This document shows positions 48,420-61,663 of a stretch of 64,000 nt of DNA, in pieces (position 1 is the stretch's first letter; every line of letters begins with the position of its first letter). The notes beneath the pieces are model-generated. The model did not search any database. It had not been told where the DNA came from and saw nothing but the letters and a program-made list of their open reading frames with translations. Source of the DNA: Mobula hypostoma (lineage: Eukaryota); NCBI RefSeq assembly GCF_963921235.1, contig NC_086097.1, positions 69,008,001-69,072,000 on the forward strand, in the 5' to 3' direction. The position numbers were made by a program, and so were the translations under genes.

Positions 48420-51400
48420 AGGGAGATGGATGGTGGTTTGTCTCCCAGGTGCCAGGGTCCAGGATGTTTCTGATCGCGTCCACAATATCTTGAAGTGGGA
48501 AGGAGAACATCCAGAGGACATGGTACATATTGGTACCAACGACATAGGTAGGAAAAGGGAGGAGGTCCTGGAAACAAACTACGGGGAGTTAGGAAGGAAG
48601 CTGAGAAGCAGGACCTCAAAGGTAGTAATCTTGGGATTACTGCCCGTGCAACGTGACAGTGAATATAGGAATAGAATGAGGTGGAACATAAATGCGTGGC
48701 TGAGGGATTGGAGCAGGGAGCAGGGATTCAGATTTCTGGATCATTGGGACCTCTTTCGGGGCAGGTGGGACCTTTACAAAAAGGTTGGGTTGCACTTGAA
48801 TCCCTGGGGGACCAATATCCTGGCCCGGGGGGCGGGGGGGGTGGGTTTGCTAAGGCTATCGGGGAGAGTTTAAACTAGAATTGCTGTGGGGTGGGAACAG
48901 AACTGAAGTGACAGAGTAAAGGGAAGTTGGCTCACAAGTAGAGAAAGCTTGGAGACAGTGCGAAAGGGAGGATAGGCAGGTGATAAAGAAGGGACGCGCT
49001 CAGACCGATGGTTTGAGATGTCTATTTTAACGCGAGGAGTATTACGAACAAAGTGGATGAGCTTAGAGCATGGATCAGCACTTGGAGCTATGATGTTGTG
49101 GCCATTACAGAGACTTGGATGGTGTAGGGGCAGGAATGGCTACTTCAAGTGCCAGGGTTTCGATGTTTCAGAAAGGACAGGGTGGGGGGCAAAAAAGGTG
49201 GGGGCATGGCGTTGTTGATCAAGGATAGTGTCACGGCTGCAGAAGAGGAGGAAGTCATGGAGGGGTTGTCTATGGAGCCTCTATGGGTGGAAGTTAGGAA
49301 TAGGAAGGTGTTAATAACTCTACTGGGTGTTTTTTATAGACCACCCAATAATAACAGGGGTATCAAGGAGCAGCTAGGGAGACAGATTCTGCAAAGGTGT
49401 AGTAATAACAGGGTTGTTGTGGTGGGGGATTTTAATTTCCCAAATATTGATTGGCCTCTCCCTAGAGTGAGGAATTTAGATGGGGTAGAGTTTGTTAAGT
49501 GTGTTCAGGAAGGTTTCTTGACACAATATGTAGATAAGCCTGTAAGAGGAGAGGCTGTACTTGATCTGGTAACCTGGTCAGGTGTCAGGTCTCTTAGTGG
49601 GGGAGCATTTTGGAGATAGTGATCACAAGTCTATTTCCTTTAGCATAGCATTGGAGAGGGATAGGAACAGACAAGTTAGGGAAACATTTAATTTTTGTAA
49701 GGAGAAATATGAGGCTATCAGGCAGGAACTTGGAAGCATAAACTGGAAACAGATGTTCTCAGGGAAACGTACAGAAGAAATGTGGCAAACATTAAGGAAG
49801 TATTTGCGTGGAGTTCTGCATAGGTACATTCCAATGAGACAGGGAAAGGATGGTAGGGTACAGGAACCATGGTGTACAAAGGCTTTTGTAAATCTAGTCA
49901 AGAAGAAAAGAAGAGCTTATGAAAGGTTCAAAAAACTAGGTAATGATAGAGATCTAGAAGATTATAAGGCTAGCAGGAAGGACTTAAGAATGAAATTAGA
50001 AGAGCCAGAAGGGGCCATGAGAAGGCCTTGGCGGACAGGATTAAGGAAAACCCCAAGGTATTCTACAAGTATGTGAAGAGCAAGAGGATAGGGCATGAGA
50101 GAATAGGACCAATCAAGTGTGAGAGTGGAAAAGTGTGTATGGCACCAGAAGAGATAGCAGAGGTACTTAATGAATACTTTGCTTCAGTATTCACTACGGA
50201 AAAGGATCTTGGCGATCGTAGGGAAGACTTGCAGCAGACTGAAAAGCTTAAGCATGTAGATATTAAGGAATAGGATGTGCTGGAGTTTTTGGAAAGCATC
50301 AATTTGGATAAGTCACCAGGAGCGGACGGGATGTACCCCCGGCTACTGTGGGAAGCGAGGGAGGAGATTGCTGAGCCTTTGGCGATGATCTTTGCATCAT
50401 CAATGAGGACAGGAGAGTTTCCAGAGGATTGGAGGGTTGAGGATGTTGTTCCATTATTCAAGGAAGGGAGTAGAGATAGCCCAGGAAATTATAGACCAGT
50501 GAGTCTTCCTTCAGTGGTTGGTAAGTTGATGGAGAAGATCCTGAGAGGCAGGATTTATGAACATTTGGAGAGGCATAATATGATTAGGAATAGTCAGCAT
50601 GGTTTTGTGAAAGCCAGGTCATGCCTTATGAGCCTGGTTGAATTTTTTAAGGATGTGACTAAACATATTGATGAAGGTAGAGCAGTAGATGTCGTGTATA
50701 TGGATTTCAGCAAGGCACTTGATAAGGTACCCCGTGCCAGGCTTATTGAGAAAGTAAAGAGGCATGGGATCCAAGGGGACATCGCTTCGTGGATCCAGAA
50801 CTGGCTTGCCCACAGAAGGCAAAGAGTGGTTGTAGATGGGTCATATTCTGCATGGAGTTGGTAACCAGTGGTGTGCCTCAGGGATCTGTTCTGGGACCCC
50901 TATTCTTTGTGATTTCTATAAATGACCTGGATGAGGAAGTGGAGGGATGAGTTAGTAAATTTGCTGATGACACAAAGGTTGGGGGTGTTGTGGATAGTGT
51001 GAAGGGCTGTCAGAGGTTACAGTGGGACATTGATAGGATGCAAAACTGGGCTGAGAAGTGGCAGATGGAATTCAACCCAGATAAGTGTGAGGTGGTTCAT
51101 TTTAGTAGGTCAAATATGATTGCAGAATATAGTATTAACGCTAAGACTCTTGGCAGTGTGGAGGATCAGCGGGATCTTGGGGTCCCAGTCCAAAGGACAC
51201 TCAAAGCTGCTACGCAGGTTGACACTGTGGTTAAGAAGGCATACAGTGCATTGGCCTTCATCAACCGTAGGATTGAGTTTAAGAGCCGAGAGGTAATGTT
51301 GCAGCTATATAGGACCCTGGTCAGACCCCACTTGGAGTACTGTGCTCAGTTCTGGTCGCCTCACAACAAGAAGGACATGAAAACCATAGAAAGGGCGCAG

Positions 51401-51870
51401 AGGAGATTTACAAGGATGGTGCTTGGATTGGGGAGCATGCCTTATGAGAATAGGTTGAGTAAACTTGACCTTTTCTCCTTGAAGCGACGGAGGCTGAGAG
51501 GTGACCTGATAGAGGTGTACAAGATAATGAGAGGCATTAATCATGTGGACAGTCAGAGGCTTTTTCCCAGGGCTGAAATGGCCAGCATGAGAGGGCATAG
51601 TTTTAAGGTGCTTGGAAGTAGGTACAGAGGAGACATCAGGGGTAAGTTTTTTTATGCAGAGAATAGTGAGTGCGTGGAATGGGCTGCTGGCAGCGGTGGT
51701 GGAGGCAGAAATGACAGGGTCTTTTAAGAGACTCCTGGATAGGTACATGGAGCTTAGAATAATAGAGGGCTATGGGTAAGCCTAGGTAGTTCTAAGGTAA
51801 GGACATGTTCGGCACAGCTTTGTGGGCCAAAGGGCCTGTATTGTGCTGTAGGTTTTCTATGTTTCTATGT
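48420..51870 (+). mobile_element. CR1 LINE with partial ORF1 (SGNH esterase-like) and disrupted ORF2
   Basis: ORF1 CLPGARVQDV...HIGTNDIG...GLHLN; ORF2 pieces YRPP, GDFN, DSDH, YRPVSL, RPHLEYCAQFWSP with frameshifts and stops; (TTTCTATG) tail. Confidence 0.93.
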
Positions 51871-52441
51871 TATTCAATAATTGGACACATTTTATTTTAA
51901 TAAATATACTTCAGAAATAGCTACTAAGAGATGAGTTTCTATTGTTCTAAGTATAGTGAAAATATAATCTTCCCAATTCCAGTAGAGCTAATGTTCAGCA
52001 GAAATTTCTCAACAGATTTAATGAAATTTTACTATTAATTTACACGCAATATGCCTTCACATCTTTCTATTTCCTGCCAAAATGAATTCTTAAACACCAA
52101 TCAGGTAGAATGGGCCAGAAGCCAAATGCTTCCAAGACATCCATGATACTTTGTGGAAATGGTTCAGAGTCGTGCAAATTACAGCGCCTTGATGAATCCC
52201 AATTGTTCTTCCTATAAAGTAATGCTACACCAATAATAGGCTCATCCGGTTTCAATATCATCTGCTGTCATCCACCTATACTACCAAATTATGTTAAATT
52301 GTATAAGGATATAGAAAGTGCAGTTCAACCAAGAATCAATTTTAATTTTAGATAGGATCTTATTTTAAATTATATGGATTATTTTTAACACATGTATTAA
52401 TTCATTAGTATCGTGTGCAAAGAATCCTCCACTTTTCTTAC

Positions 52442-52753
52442 CTTAAGTTGGACCAGATGAACATCAACGTGCTTATTCTCAGTGTCCTGCTGCACAGAAT
52501 ATGTCAGGTCTCGAACTCGCTCTGATGTCATACGAAGCCAATTTTCAATTTCTGGCAGATGTAAGACAACTTTCCAGTCTGCACCAGTGTGAAGTGGAGG
52601 AGGCTTCTCATAGCGCTGGTTAGCATCCAATTCTTTTATCGCCCTCTCATTCTCTGGTTCTTCCAAAGGGGTCATGTTTGTGATCATGGGAGATGTGTTG
52701 GTCGCTGTGGCATCCAGCTGTTGGCTTCTCATGGGGGATAGTATGATACTCAT
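52442..52753 (-). CDS. AKAP6: A-kinase anchoring protein 6 (mAKAP), first coding exon (104 codons)
   Basis: Translation MSIILSPMRSQQLDATAT...YEKPPPLHTGADWKVVLHLPEIENWLRMTSERVRDLTYSVQQD...HVDVHLVQLK matches the vertebrate AKAP6 N-terminus. ATG at 52753; phase-0 donor AAG|GTAAG after 52442; plausible acceptor ctcattAG| gives exon start at 52782. Confidence 0.93.
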
Positions 52754-55700
52754 GGCTGTTTGGGTTAAAGCCACATGAAATCCTAATGAGTTCAGATGAA
52801 AACAATTGCATGGACCGAATAAAATAAATCCAAGTATTAGAGAAAGCTGAATCAAAATCTAAGTAAATTCCAATTTGATCTGAATCTTAGTTCACTGGAT
52901 CAATTTAGTTCAATTCTTTTCCATCTTGAGGTAGGTTTTTAATTCTTTCTGAGAAATACTTAATGGCACAAATGAAGAAAGAGGAAGCGCACTTGATATT
53001 AAAAAAGGAATTTTGCATCCCTGTCCTCCTAAATAACTTACTGTGAAAGCACGAGAAAATTCATCATGATTTGACGCTGCAAATGTGTGGAACTTACACA
53101 AATTATTTCAAAAAGTGATAACAGAACCCAGGAATGTTACTATCCACTTTGGATTCCAAAATAATACACTGCAAATAAAATAACACAATACCATGGGGCT
53201 GCAATTATGCAATTCTGAGTTATGTTGTTCTTCTAAACTGATATGATTTCAGTCAGATTGATAGGAGAGGCACCACAGCTGAAAGCAGATCTTGTGAGTT
53301 GGAGAAAAGATCCATGGTTTCATCCTCAGTGACACCCCAGCGATTCCACGCTACACAATGCATTTGGTGGTAAAGGAACAACAGACAGATGTGTGTCTGA
53401 TTCTCATAAAACTCTCATCTCTCCTCAAGCCCAATGATCATAACTACTGGAAATCACTTTGACAGAATAATTAAAGAATAAGAGATTATGCTCCTGCAAT
53501 GACGAACAATGATAGGTGACATGGAAGTTCAGCCATGATCTTATTGAATGGCAGATCATTCTCAACAATTGCATTGTCCTACTGCTACTTCTACTTCTGA
53601 GGTATCATAAATCTTTGTTCTTTATAAATAATCTATTTTACCTCATTTTATTATTTTCCTCCTTTTCCTTTTTGATCAAAATAATTGGGCTTTGGGGCAT
53701 TATCAAGACTACCTTCATTTCAAACCTTGGCTGCTCTGACCGGATGGTGGCAGATAATAGTAAAATCATAATAAGATTATAAAATGACCTCAACCAGGGA
53801 TTCCAAAGTATTTGCCCAGTGACAATGAAGACTGATAATAGTTATCCATATTAGACTTGAATCTCTTTTGCTTAATAAACCAGTTAAAAATAATGCATGA
53901 AAAATGCATAATTTAATAAACAAAAATGTAAAATTTCCTAACATTTAAGGTAAAGTGCAACATTGTTCACTTCATGTTATTTATACTTCAGTATATTTTA
54001 TTCTAATATAAACATTGGGAGTTATATTGTATTAATTTTACTATTTTCCACTTATCAAAATATGATGCCAATGCAATTTATGTTGAACATTTTGCCTCTG
54101 TGGGTCACATGGATTTGTATGATGGAACATCAGAGGCTTTGCAGAAGGATTAGTTTTATGCTCCAAACGATTTGCAAATGTCCAATGTTTCTGACACTGT
54201 TCAGACTGAGGATTTGAAAACAAAACAAAAACTTTCCTCATCTCCAGACCTAAAAAATTCAAATGACAAATCATCAAATCAAAATATAAACACTGTAGTG
54301 CCTAGGATCAAATGCCATTATGCATGGCAGCGCAAATTGACAAGAACATAAAAAGGCAAATAAGGTCTATGTTTTTGTTTCTAGAAGCCTAGAATCCAAC
54401 AACTGGTGATATGTTTAAATGTAGACAAGGCCTTAAGTCAGAATCCTGCGTGTTTACTGCATATTATTTTATATAATTTATTATAGGTAAGATAAAAGAA
54501 CAAGTGAAAAGTTATAATGGAAACTCACTTCACTATTACCAGGGATGAAAACAAAAATTCAGGGTTATGAGAAGTTAAGCCCATTTTCATTGGAATATAA
54601 AATACTAACAAGTTATCTCATGGTGGTCTCCTAAAATATGACTTGATAGGATAAAGTGCGATAGATTGTTTTTATTGAACAGTTAGCATTAAGATATACA
54701 TTGCAAAACAAATTAAAGCGAAGCATCGACCTAATTACGCAGAGTGCTTAATATTGATTATTTTCTAAAGCAAATCACTGTTGAAGCAGAATCCACGATT
54801 CATTTGAAAGGAAGTTATTCGCAAGCAAAGGAGCATGGTAGAGTAGTGGAGTAAAAGGGCAAACAAATCAGGTTAAAGTACTTGTTGGCTCGATTCAGAA
54901 ATGTATGTGATTTATAAGCCATGGTATGGACAGTACTTTTTTACGTAAACATTCACAATGGGATCCTTGAGTTCCAGAAAGCCCCTAAGATTATCAGATT
55001 TCCATTTGCCTGCCATTGGACTTTGGTATTTGCATCTGTCTTATCTTATTGGGTGGCTGGCTTTAACAAATCAGATATTTTTGAGTATGTGTCACTATTT
55101 TTTGGAGTGGGAGTGTCTCAGAACTTGAAGATAGTATCTGGAAATATATACTTTGCAGGAGATCCCACAGAGTGTATCATTATTTACATACATTATCACA
55201 GAGTTTTCTACTTCTCCCCGAGAATCTGTCTCAACCCAACCGCAAAAAAAGAGCTACGTGAACCACTTTTTAAAATACTTTGCTTCATTTTGATCTCCCT
55301 ATAGAAATGACCTGGTATTTTCCCTTATTGAAGATCATCAGTTGGTAAACAGGTGGAAACAGACCAATACAAGACATAAGCCAGGTAATACAACTGTCTA
55401 GCCTGTTCCACCATACACTAAGATCATGGCTGATTTAATAGTGGCCTCAATTACACTTTTGTCCTGTTCATGCATGTTGAATACACCATCTTGGCTATAT
55501 ATTCACACTTACATCTCCTTTATTATGCATTTTTAATTCAATTGCCTTCAGCCTTTTCTCCCTTTAACCTACCTGTGGATTTTTATTGATATTGATGTTC
55601 AATATTGTTCTGGAATATTAGCTTATTTCTAAGATCTTTACAGATTGCCAAGGTGTTCCTGATATTTTTTATACCTGCAATGAAAAAATAACAAATAAGT

Positions 55701-56214
55701 AAATATTGAAAGTAGTGATGTAAGCATGTGTTCAATGTAATACTCTCTGTTTAATATATGAACAATAACTTCAACCTATTGACAGCCATTCTTTGAAACT
55801 GGATTTGCTGAGTTTAAACAGTTTAATCCTTATCTTAAACCATAATTCATTCAACATACAAAGAACTCGCCAGACATATTGCTTAATACAACAGGGCAAT
55901 TTCAAGATGGAACAAAGACACATATTTCCTTCTTATCACTCCAAAGCAAATATCGATATATCATTTTTACTGAATCATTTAACAGCCTTTCAAAAACAGG
56001 TTAATTCAATGCCTTTATGAATCAGCTCCAGTAATCATTATTAGTTTTACAAACATTATTATTTGGAACAAATCATTAAGCAAATACTTGCTGAATTTTC
56101 AATATGGATTGATTCATTGTCAATGATCAAAACTCATTCTTTGCTTGGAGATCTTAAGGAGGAGGAAATGCAAAATTAAACTAACAATGTGAGCTGTTGT
56201 TCAGATAATAGAAT

Positions 56215-56420
56215 TTTCCTTTTGAGTCAAAAGATCATGGCCTCAATTGTTAATCCCAATGCTCAGGCATAAAAATGTAAATGAACATTCCAGAACAGCA
56301 CTGATGGAGCAGTACACTACCAGAGGTTATATCTTTCAGATGAGAGGCTAAGCCGTCTGCTCTTTCTTGTGAACATAACAGTTCCCATGGCACTATTTTA
56401 AAGAAGGAATTATCCCACTT
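56215..56420 (+). mobile_element. DeuSINE (SacSINE1/AmnSINE1-like) remnant
   Basis: tctttcagatgagaggctaagccgtctgc...cccatggcactatttt matches the Deu core domain. Confidence 0.65.
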
Positions 56421-56589
56421 CATTGAGGCACACTGATAGGGATGCAAACATGTCTGTATAAAAAGAAATACTAGTTTTTTGGAACACAAATAACTTTTAT
56501 TCAAGTTCAAGTCTGCTACTGACACGATGAACACAGCTGTGAACGCTGCCACAAAATGCCAACAGCATAATGGGCAAAAGAAGAAGAAA

Positions 56590-56850
56590 GTTCAAGTTTA
56601 TTGTCGTTCAACCCTCTGCATGTATACCACCAAATGAAACAATGGTCCTCTGGACCAAAGTGCACAACACAGTGCATATAACTCACACACAACACATAGA
56701 GTAAGATTACCACAAATAAATTATAAATAATAATGTGCATTTATGGCACAAGTTTAAAAATGAACAATATAATGCGACTGGTGAATCATCCATAATGAGA
56801 CCTGGGTGGTGGCAGGGAGCTCAGTGAGTTCGGTAGTCTCACGGCCATTA
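56590..56850 (-). mobile_element. LINE 3' fragment (Rex1/L2-type)
   Basis: gttcaagtttattgtc reverse tail followed by reverse C-terminal sequence. Confidence 0.5.
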
Positions 56851-57073
56851 TTTATGTCAATCACAGGATTGTGCTATATAAGTGGAATCTTTTTTTTTAA
56901 CCACTTATCAACCCATGCCTGAATGTCATCAAAGTCCCGATGCTTGCAGGCATGGGCTGCTTTATTTTATTTGGAACTGTGATTGAAATTGAACACTGTA
57001 CATTCGCACTTCTAACCTTATGATGGATAGATGGTCATTGGTGTAACAGTTGAAGATCTTTACGCATGTTTTC

Positions 57074-57385
57074 TGGGGCATCATTGTAATATAGTAGTTA
57101 GCATAACATTACTACTGTGCCAGCTGTAAGATTGTGTTTGATTCCCCCCACTGTCTGTAAGAAGGATGGACATTCTTCTTGTAAACTTGTGGGTTTTTCT
57201 CCCACATTCCAAAGACGTATGGTTGATTTAGTGAGTTCTGGGCTTGCTGTGTTGGCACAAGAGGCATGGCAACACTTGTGGGCTGCCCATCACATTCTTC
57301 ACTGTTTAGATTTGACACAAATGGCAGATTTCACCCTGTGTTTTGATGTACATGTGTCAAATAAAGCTAATTTAATCTATTTAAT
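57074..57385 (+). mobile_element. Degenerate tRNA-derived SINE (elasmobranch HE1-like)
   Basis: A/B-box remnants, ctcccacattccaaagacg motif, aataaagctaat tail. Confidence 0.55.
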
Positions 57386-57391
57386 CAAACT

Positions 57392-57690
57392 CCTAGTGGT
57401 TAAGGCATTGGACTAGCTACCTGAAGGTCGTGAGTTCAAGCCCCAGCCGAGGGAACGTGTTGTGTCCTTGAGCAAGGCACTTAATCACACATTGCTCTGC
57501 GACAACACTGGTGCCAAGCTGTATGGGTCCTAATGCCCTTCCCTTGGACAACATTGGTGTTGTGGAGAGGGGAGACCTGCAGCATGGGCAACCGCTGGTC
57601 TTCCACACAACCTTGCCCAGGCCTGCACCCTGGAGAGCGAAGACTTCCCAGGCGCAGATCCATGGTCTCGCAAGACTAATGGATGCCTTA
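57392..57690 (+). mobile_element. tRNA-derived CORE-type SINE
   Basis: A-box tagtggttaagg, B-box gagttcaagccc, CORE-like gtgtccttgagcaaggcacttaa. Confidence 0.7.
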
Positions 57691-58259
57691 AATAATTATG
57701 TCCTGGGGCAGGGATGATTATCTTTCAACTTCTGTTGGGTGAAGAATGACTCCAATTATTCGATAGTGCCTCCCTTGTTACCTATTTCCTTCAGCTTTAC
57801 TAAGGTTCCATGATGCTACTTTACTTGTTGCCTTGATGTCGAGGGTGGTGACTCTCACCTTCCTTCTGAAATTCAGTTGGACCAAGTCTATGATGTCTGG
57901 AGTCCAATTGTCCAAGTAATGCTTGCAATGGGCATTGTTGAACCAAGTAATGCTAAGTAATTACTACTTGACAGCACTATTAACAACACCTTTCAACCTT
58001 TTCTGCTGATTTAGAGTAATGTCATTGAGATGAATTGGCCAGAGTGGATCATGATGGAAGTTATTATCTGGAGTCTGGGAATGAGAGCACTTAAAACTAA
58101 ATGTTTGCACCAAACATAATTGAAATGTAGAAAGATAACAAGCTGATTTTGAAACTCTACAATTGACATAAAAACCATTCACTAGCGTATAAAAGTATCC
58201 ATGTTGGTATCAAAAATATATTGGCAATGTGCTCTGGTTGAGCACCCAGTTAGTTTGGT

Positions 58260-58391
58260 CTTTCATTGATTCTTGTATGGTTATTATTCTATTACGGATT
58301 TATTGAGTACGTTCACAGAAAATGGATGTCAGGGTTGTATATGGTGACAGATATGTACTTTGATAATAAATTTACTTTGAACTTTGAACTT
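58260..58391 (+). mobile_element. LINE 3' UTR tip
   Basis: cagggttgtatatggtgaca...aataaatttac(tttgaac)n tail. Confidence 0.55.
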
Positions 58392-59057
58392 GTTGACTTG
58401 TCCTTCTATTCAAAAAGCTAAAGCGAAGATGCGATTCCATCTGTCAGGAGTATGAATTGTTTAGTTTCTCATGGCAAGTTATTAATCATCTATCTGAAAC
58501 ACATGTCAACTGGCAAGCAGATTTTCAGGCCAACTTCTATGATGTATCATCCTCGAAAATTGCACCACAGAGGAAACACAATTGACTACAGCGCTGTGTG
58601 TCATTCTGACCACATGGATCCTGATAATACATCAAGGAAAACTTATAATGACTGTCATGCATCACACATGATCCAATCTGTCATTTAAAAAGTCAGCCTC
58701 ATTGTTCAAGCTGGATGAACTCCAGCCTCGCTCTAATGTACACTTGTAGGTTCCTGAGTTTTGGCTCTGACCTTTTGTGTTTAAGCTCTCTGAATTTAGA
58801 TAAATAGAATGTGTGATTGTTTGAGAAAAAGAGCAGGAATTTAGACACAATTTGAGGAAATTCAACTGAAGCATAATTCACATTAACTTAAAATAAATCT
58901 TTATCATGGTTATTGTGAGAGTCAGACACACAAATGTTGGGAAAAATTGTTAGAGAAAAGAGATCAGTGCAGGTTTTTTTTAAGCCATGGCTTTTCAGTT
59001 TTGAAATATTATGAATAAACTCTTCTCCGGCTTCCAGCAGGGTACAGATGTCAATTA

Positions 59058-59103
59058 TAATCAACGTTTCAATGACAGACTCTGCCATCTTCATCAGGAA
59101 TGA
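59058..59103 (-). ncRNA. Hammerhead ribozyme motif (Poseidon-type PLE)
   Basis: Minus strand: CTGATGA-a-gatggcag-agt-ctgtcatt-GAAAC-GTT; 8-bp stem II, weak stem I. Confidence 0.6.
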
Positions 59104-59864
59104 TGCCTGGGCATGTCTAGTCCAGTGGTATTTATACCCCCATAGTCCGTCTCTCCTGATTGGGTAAGGACTAACCAATCAGATTTCTGTTCTCCCATCG
59201 TGTTTACAATTGAATTCCAGTTCTTACTTAGAGTGAGATCTTCGTCTTTGCTAAAATGAACTTCTTCTACAAAGTAGTTTTATTTCAATGGCCTCCTTCA
59301 CCAGGGGGTCCCAAAAGCCATTGGAGTGGCAAGTAGTTTTGTGCAGTCGAAGTCAATCCTATAGCCATTGCGAATGCAATGTTCTGCTACTGCTGATGTC
59401 TCCGGGTAACCCAAATGGATGCACCTCCTGTGCTCCGAGATGCGGGTTTCCACCGTGTGTCCACATACGCTGCTCCACATTCACAGGGAATCCTGTAAAA
59501 TGCCAGCCGTCCCGAGTGCCAAGTCACCTTTGACCTACATTAACTGGGACTTGAGCTTCCTTACGGGTTTGTGAATGGTATTAATCTGATATTTCTTCAG
59601 AATCCTGGCGATCCTTCCAGAAACCATGGAAAAATAGGGAAGACAGCTGGTAGTGACGGATTCCTTCTCATTGTTAGGATCCCTGGATTTTCCGTCGGCC
59701 CTTTAAAGGACCAGGAACCATCTAAACAGTATATATCCAAACATTCAATTTACGCTAGAGATGGAGAAGCAGTGTTGCCTCCCATTCCTGGACATTCTAA
59801 TATGAGAGAAGCCAGATGGTAGCCTCGGCCAAGGCACCTATCAAAAACCCACTCACATGGACCT

Positions 59865-61663
59865 ATAGAAACCATAGAAACCATAGAAACTACAGCACAG
59901 AAATAGGCCTTTTGGCCCTTCTTGGCTGTGCCAAACCATTTTCTGCCTAGTCCCACTGACCTGCACACGGACCATATCCCTCCATACACCTCCCATCCAT
60001 GTATCTGTCCAATTTATTCTTAAATGTTAAAAAAGAACCCGCATTTACCACCTCGTCTGGCAGCTCATTCCATACTCCCACCACTCTCTGTGTGAAGAAG
60101 CCCCCCCTAATGTTCCCTTTAAACTTTTCCCCCCTCACCCTTAACCCATGTCCTCTGGTTTTTTTCTCCCCTTGCCTCAGTGGAAAAAGCCTGCTTGCAT
60201 TCATTCTATCTATACCCATCATAATTTTATATACCTCTATCAAATTTCCCCTCATTCTTCTATGCTCCAGGGAATAAAGTCCTAACCTATTCAACCTTTC
60301 TCTGTAACTGAGTTTCTCAAGTCCCGGCAACATCCTTGCAAACCTTCTCTGCACTCTTTCAACCTTATTTATATCCTTCCTGTAATTTGGTGACCAAAAC
60401 TGAACACAATACTCCACATTCGGCCTCACCAATGCCTTATACAACCTCATCATAACATTCCAGCTCTTATGCTCAATACTTCGATTAATAAAGGCCAATG
60501 TACCAAAAGCTCTCTTTACGACCCTATCTACCTGTGACGACACTTTTAGGGAATTTTGTATCTGTATTCCCAGATCCCTCTGTTCCACTGCATTCCTCAG
60601 TGCCTTACCATTAACCCTGTATGTTCTACCTTGGTTTGTCCTTCCAACGTGCAATACCTCACACTTGTCTGTATTAAACTCCATCTGCCATTTTTCAGCC
60701 CAGTTTTCCAGCTGATCCAAGTCCCTCTGCAGGCTCTGAAAACCTTCCTCACTGTCTACTACACCTCCAATCTTTGTATCATCAGCAAATTTGCTGATCC
60801 AATTTACCACATTATCATCCAGATCATTGATTATAGATGACAAATAACAATGGACCCAGCACTGATCCCTGTGGCACACCACTAGTCACAGGCCTCCACT
60901 CAGAGAAGCAATTCTCTACCACCACTCTCTGGCTTCTTCCATTGAGACAATGTCTAATCCAATTTACCACCTCTACAAGTATACCTAGCGACTGAATCTT
61001 CCTAACTAACCTCCCATGCGGGACCTTGTCAAAGGCCTTACTGAAATCCATGTAGACAATATCCACTGCCTTCCCTCCATCCACTTTCCTGGTAACTTCC
61101 TCGAAAAACTCCAATAGATTGGTCAAACATGACCTACCACGCACAAAGCCATGTTGACTCTCCCTAATAAGACCCTGTCTATCCAAATGCTTGTAGATTC
61201 TGTCTCTTAGTACTCCCTCCAATAACTTACCTACTACCAACATTAAACTCACTGGCCTATAGTTTCCTGGATTACTTTTTGATCCTTTTTTAAACAACGG
61301 AACAACATGAGCCACTCTCCAATCCTCCGGCACCTCACCCGTAGACAGTGACATTTTAAATATTTCTGCCAGGGCCCCCGCAATTTCAACACTAGTCTCC
61401 TTCAAGGTCCGAGGGAACACTCAGTCAGGTCCCGGGGATTTATCCACTTTAATTTTCCTCAAGACAGCAAGCACCTCCGCCTTTTTAGTCTGTACAGTTT
61501 CCGTGATCTCACTACTTGATTCCCTCAATTCCATAGACTTCATGCCAGTTTCCTTAGTAAATACAGATGCAAAAAACCTATTTAAGATCTCCCCCATTTC
61601 CTTTGGTTCCGCACATAGCCGACCACTCTGATCTTCAAGAGGACAATTTTATCCCTTACAATC
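59865..61663 (-). mobile_element. CR1 LINE 3' part nested in the PLE
   Basis: Minus ORFs YRPVSL, GVPQGSVLGP, KFADD, RPNVEYCVQFWSP with one frameshift; (GGTTTCTAT)n tail at 59865. Confidence 0.93.

Larger units (their letters stand above)
1..52441 (-). other. AKAP6: AKAP6 intron following the first coding exon (continues beyond window start)
   Basis: GTAAG donor at 52441; the expected next exon (DICEDISDHVEQIHALL...) was not found by eye in the window. Confidence 0.7.

Noticed and set aside
52754..52855. N-terminal extension of the 152-aa ORF, which looks signal-peptide-like
   Set aside because: Lies in the 5' UTR and intron upstream of the conserved AKAP6 start; the ORF tail beyond 52442 is also intronic.
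57392..57450. tRNA-like sequence
   Set aside because: No complete cloverleaf; it runs into a SINE core and tail, so it is a SINE head.
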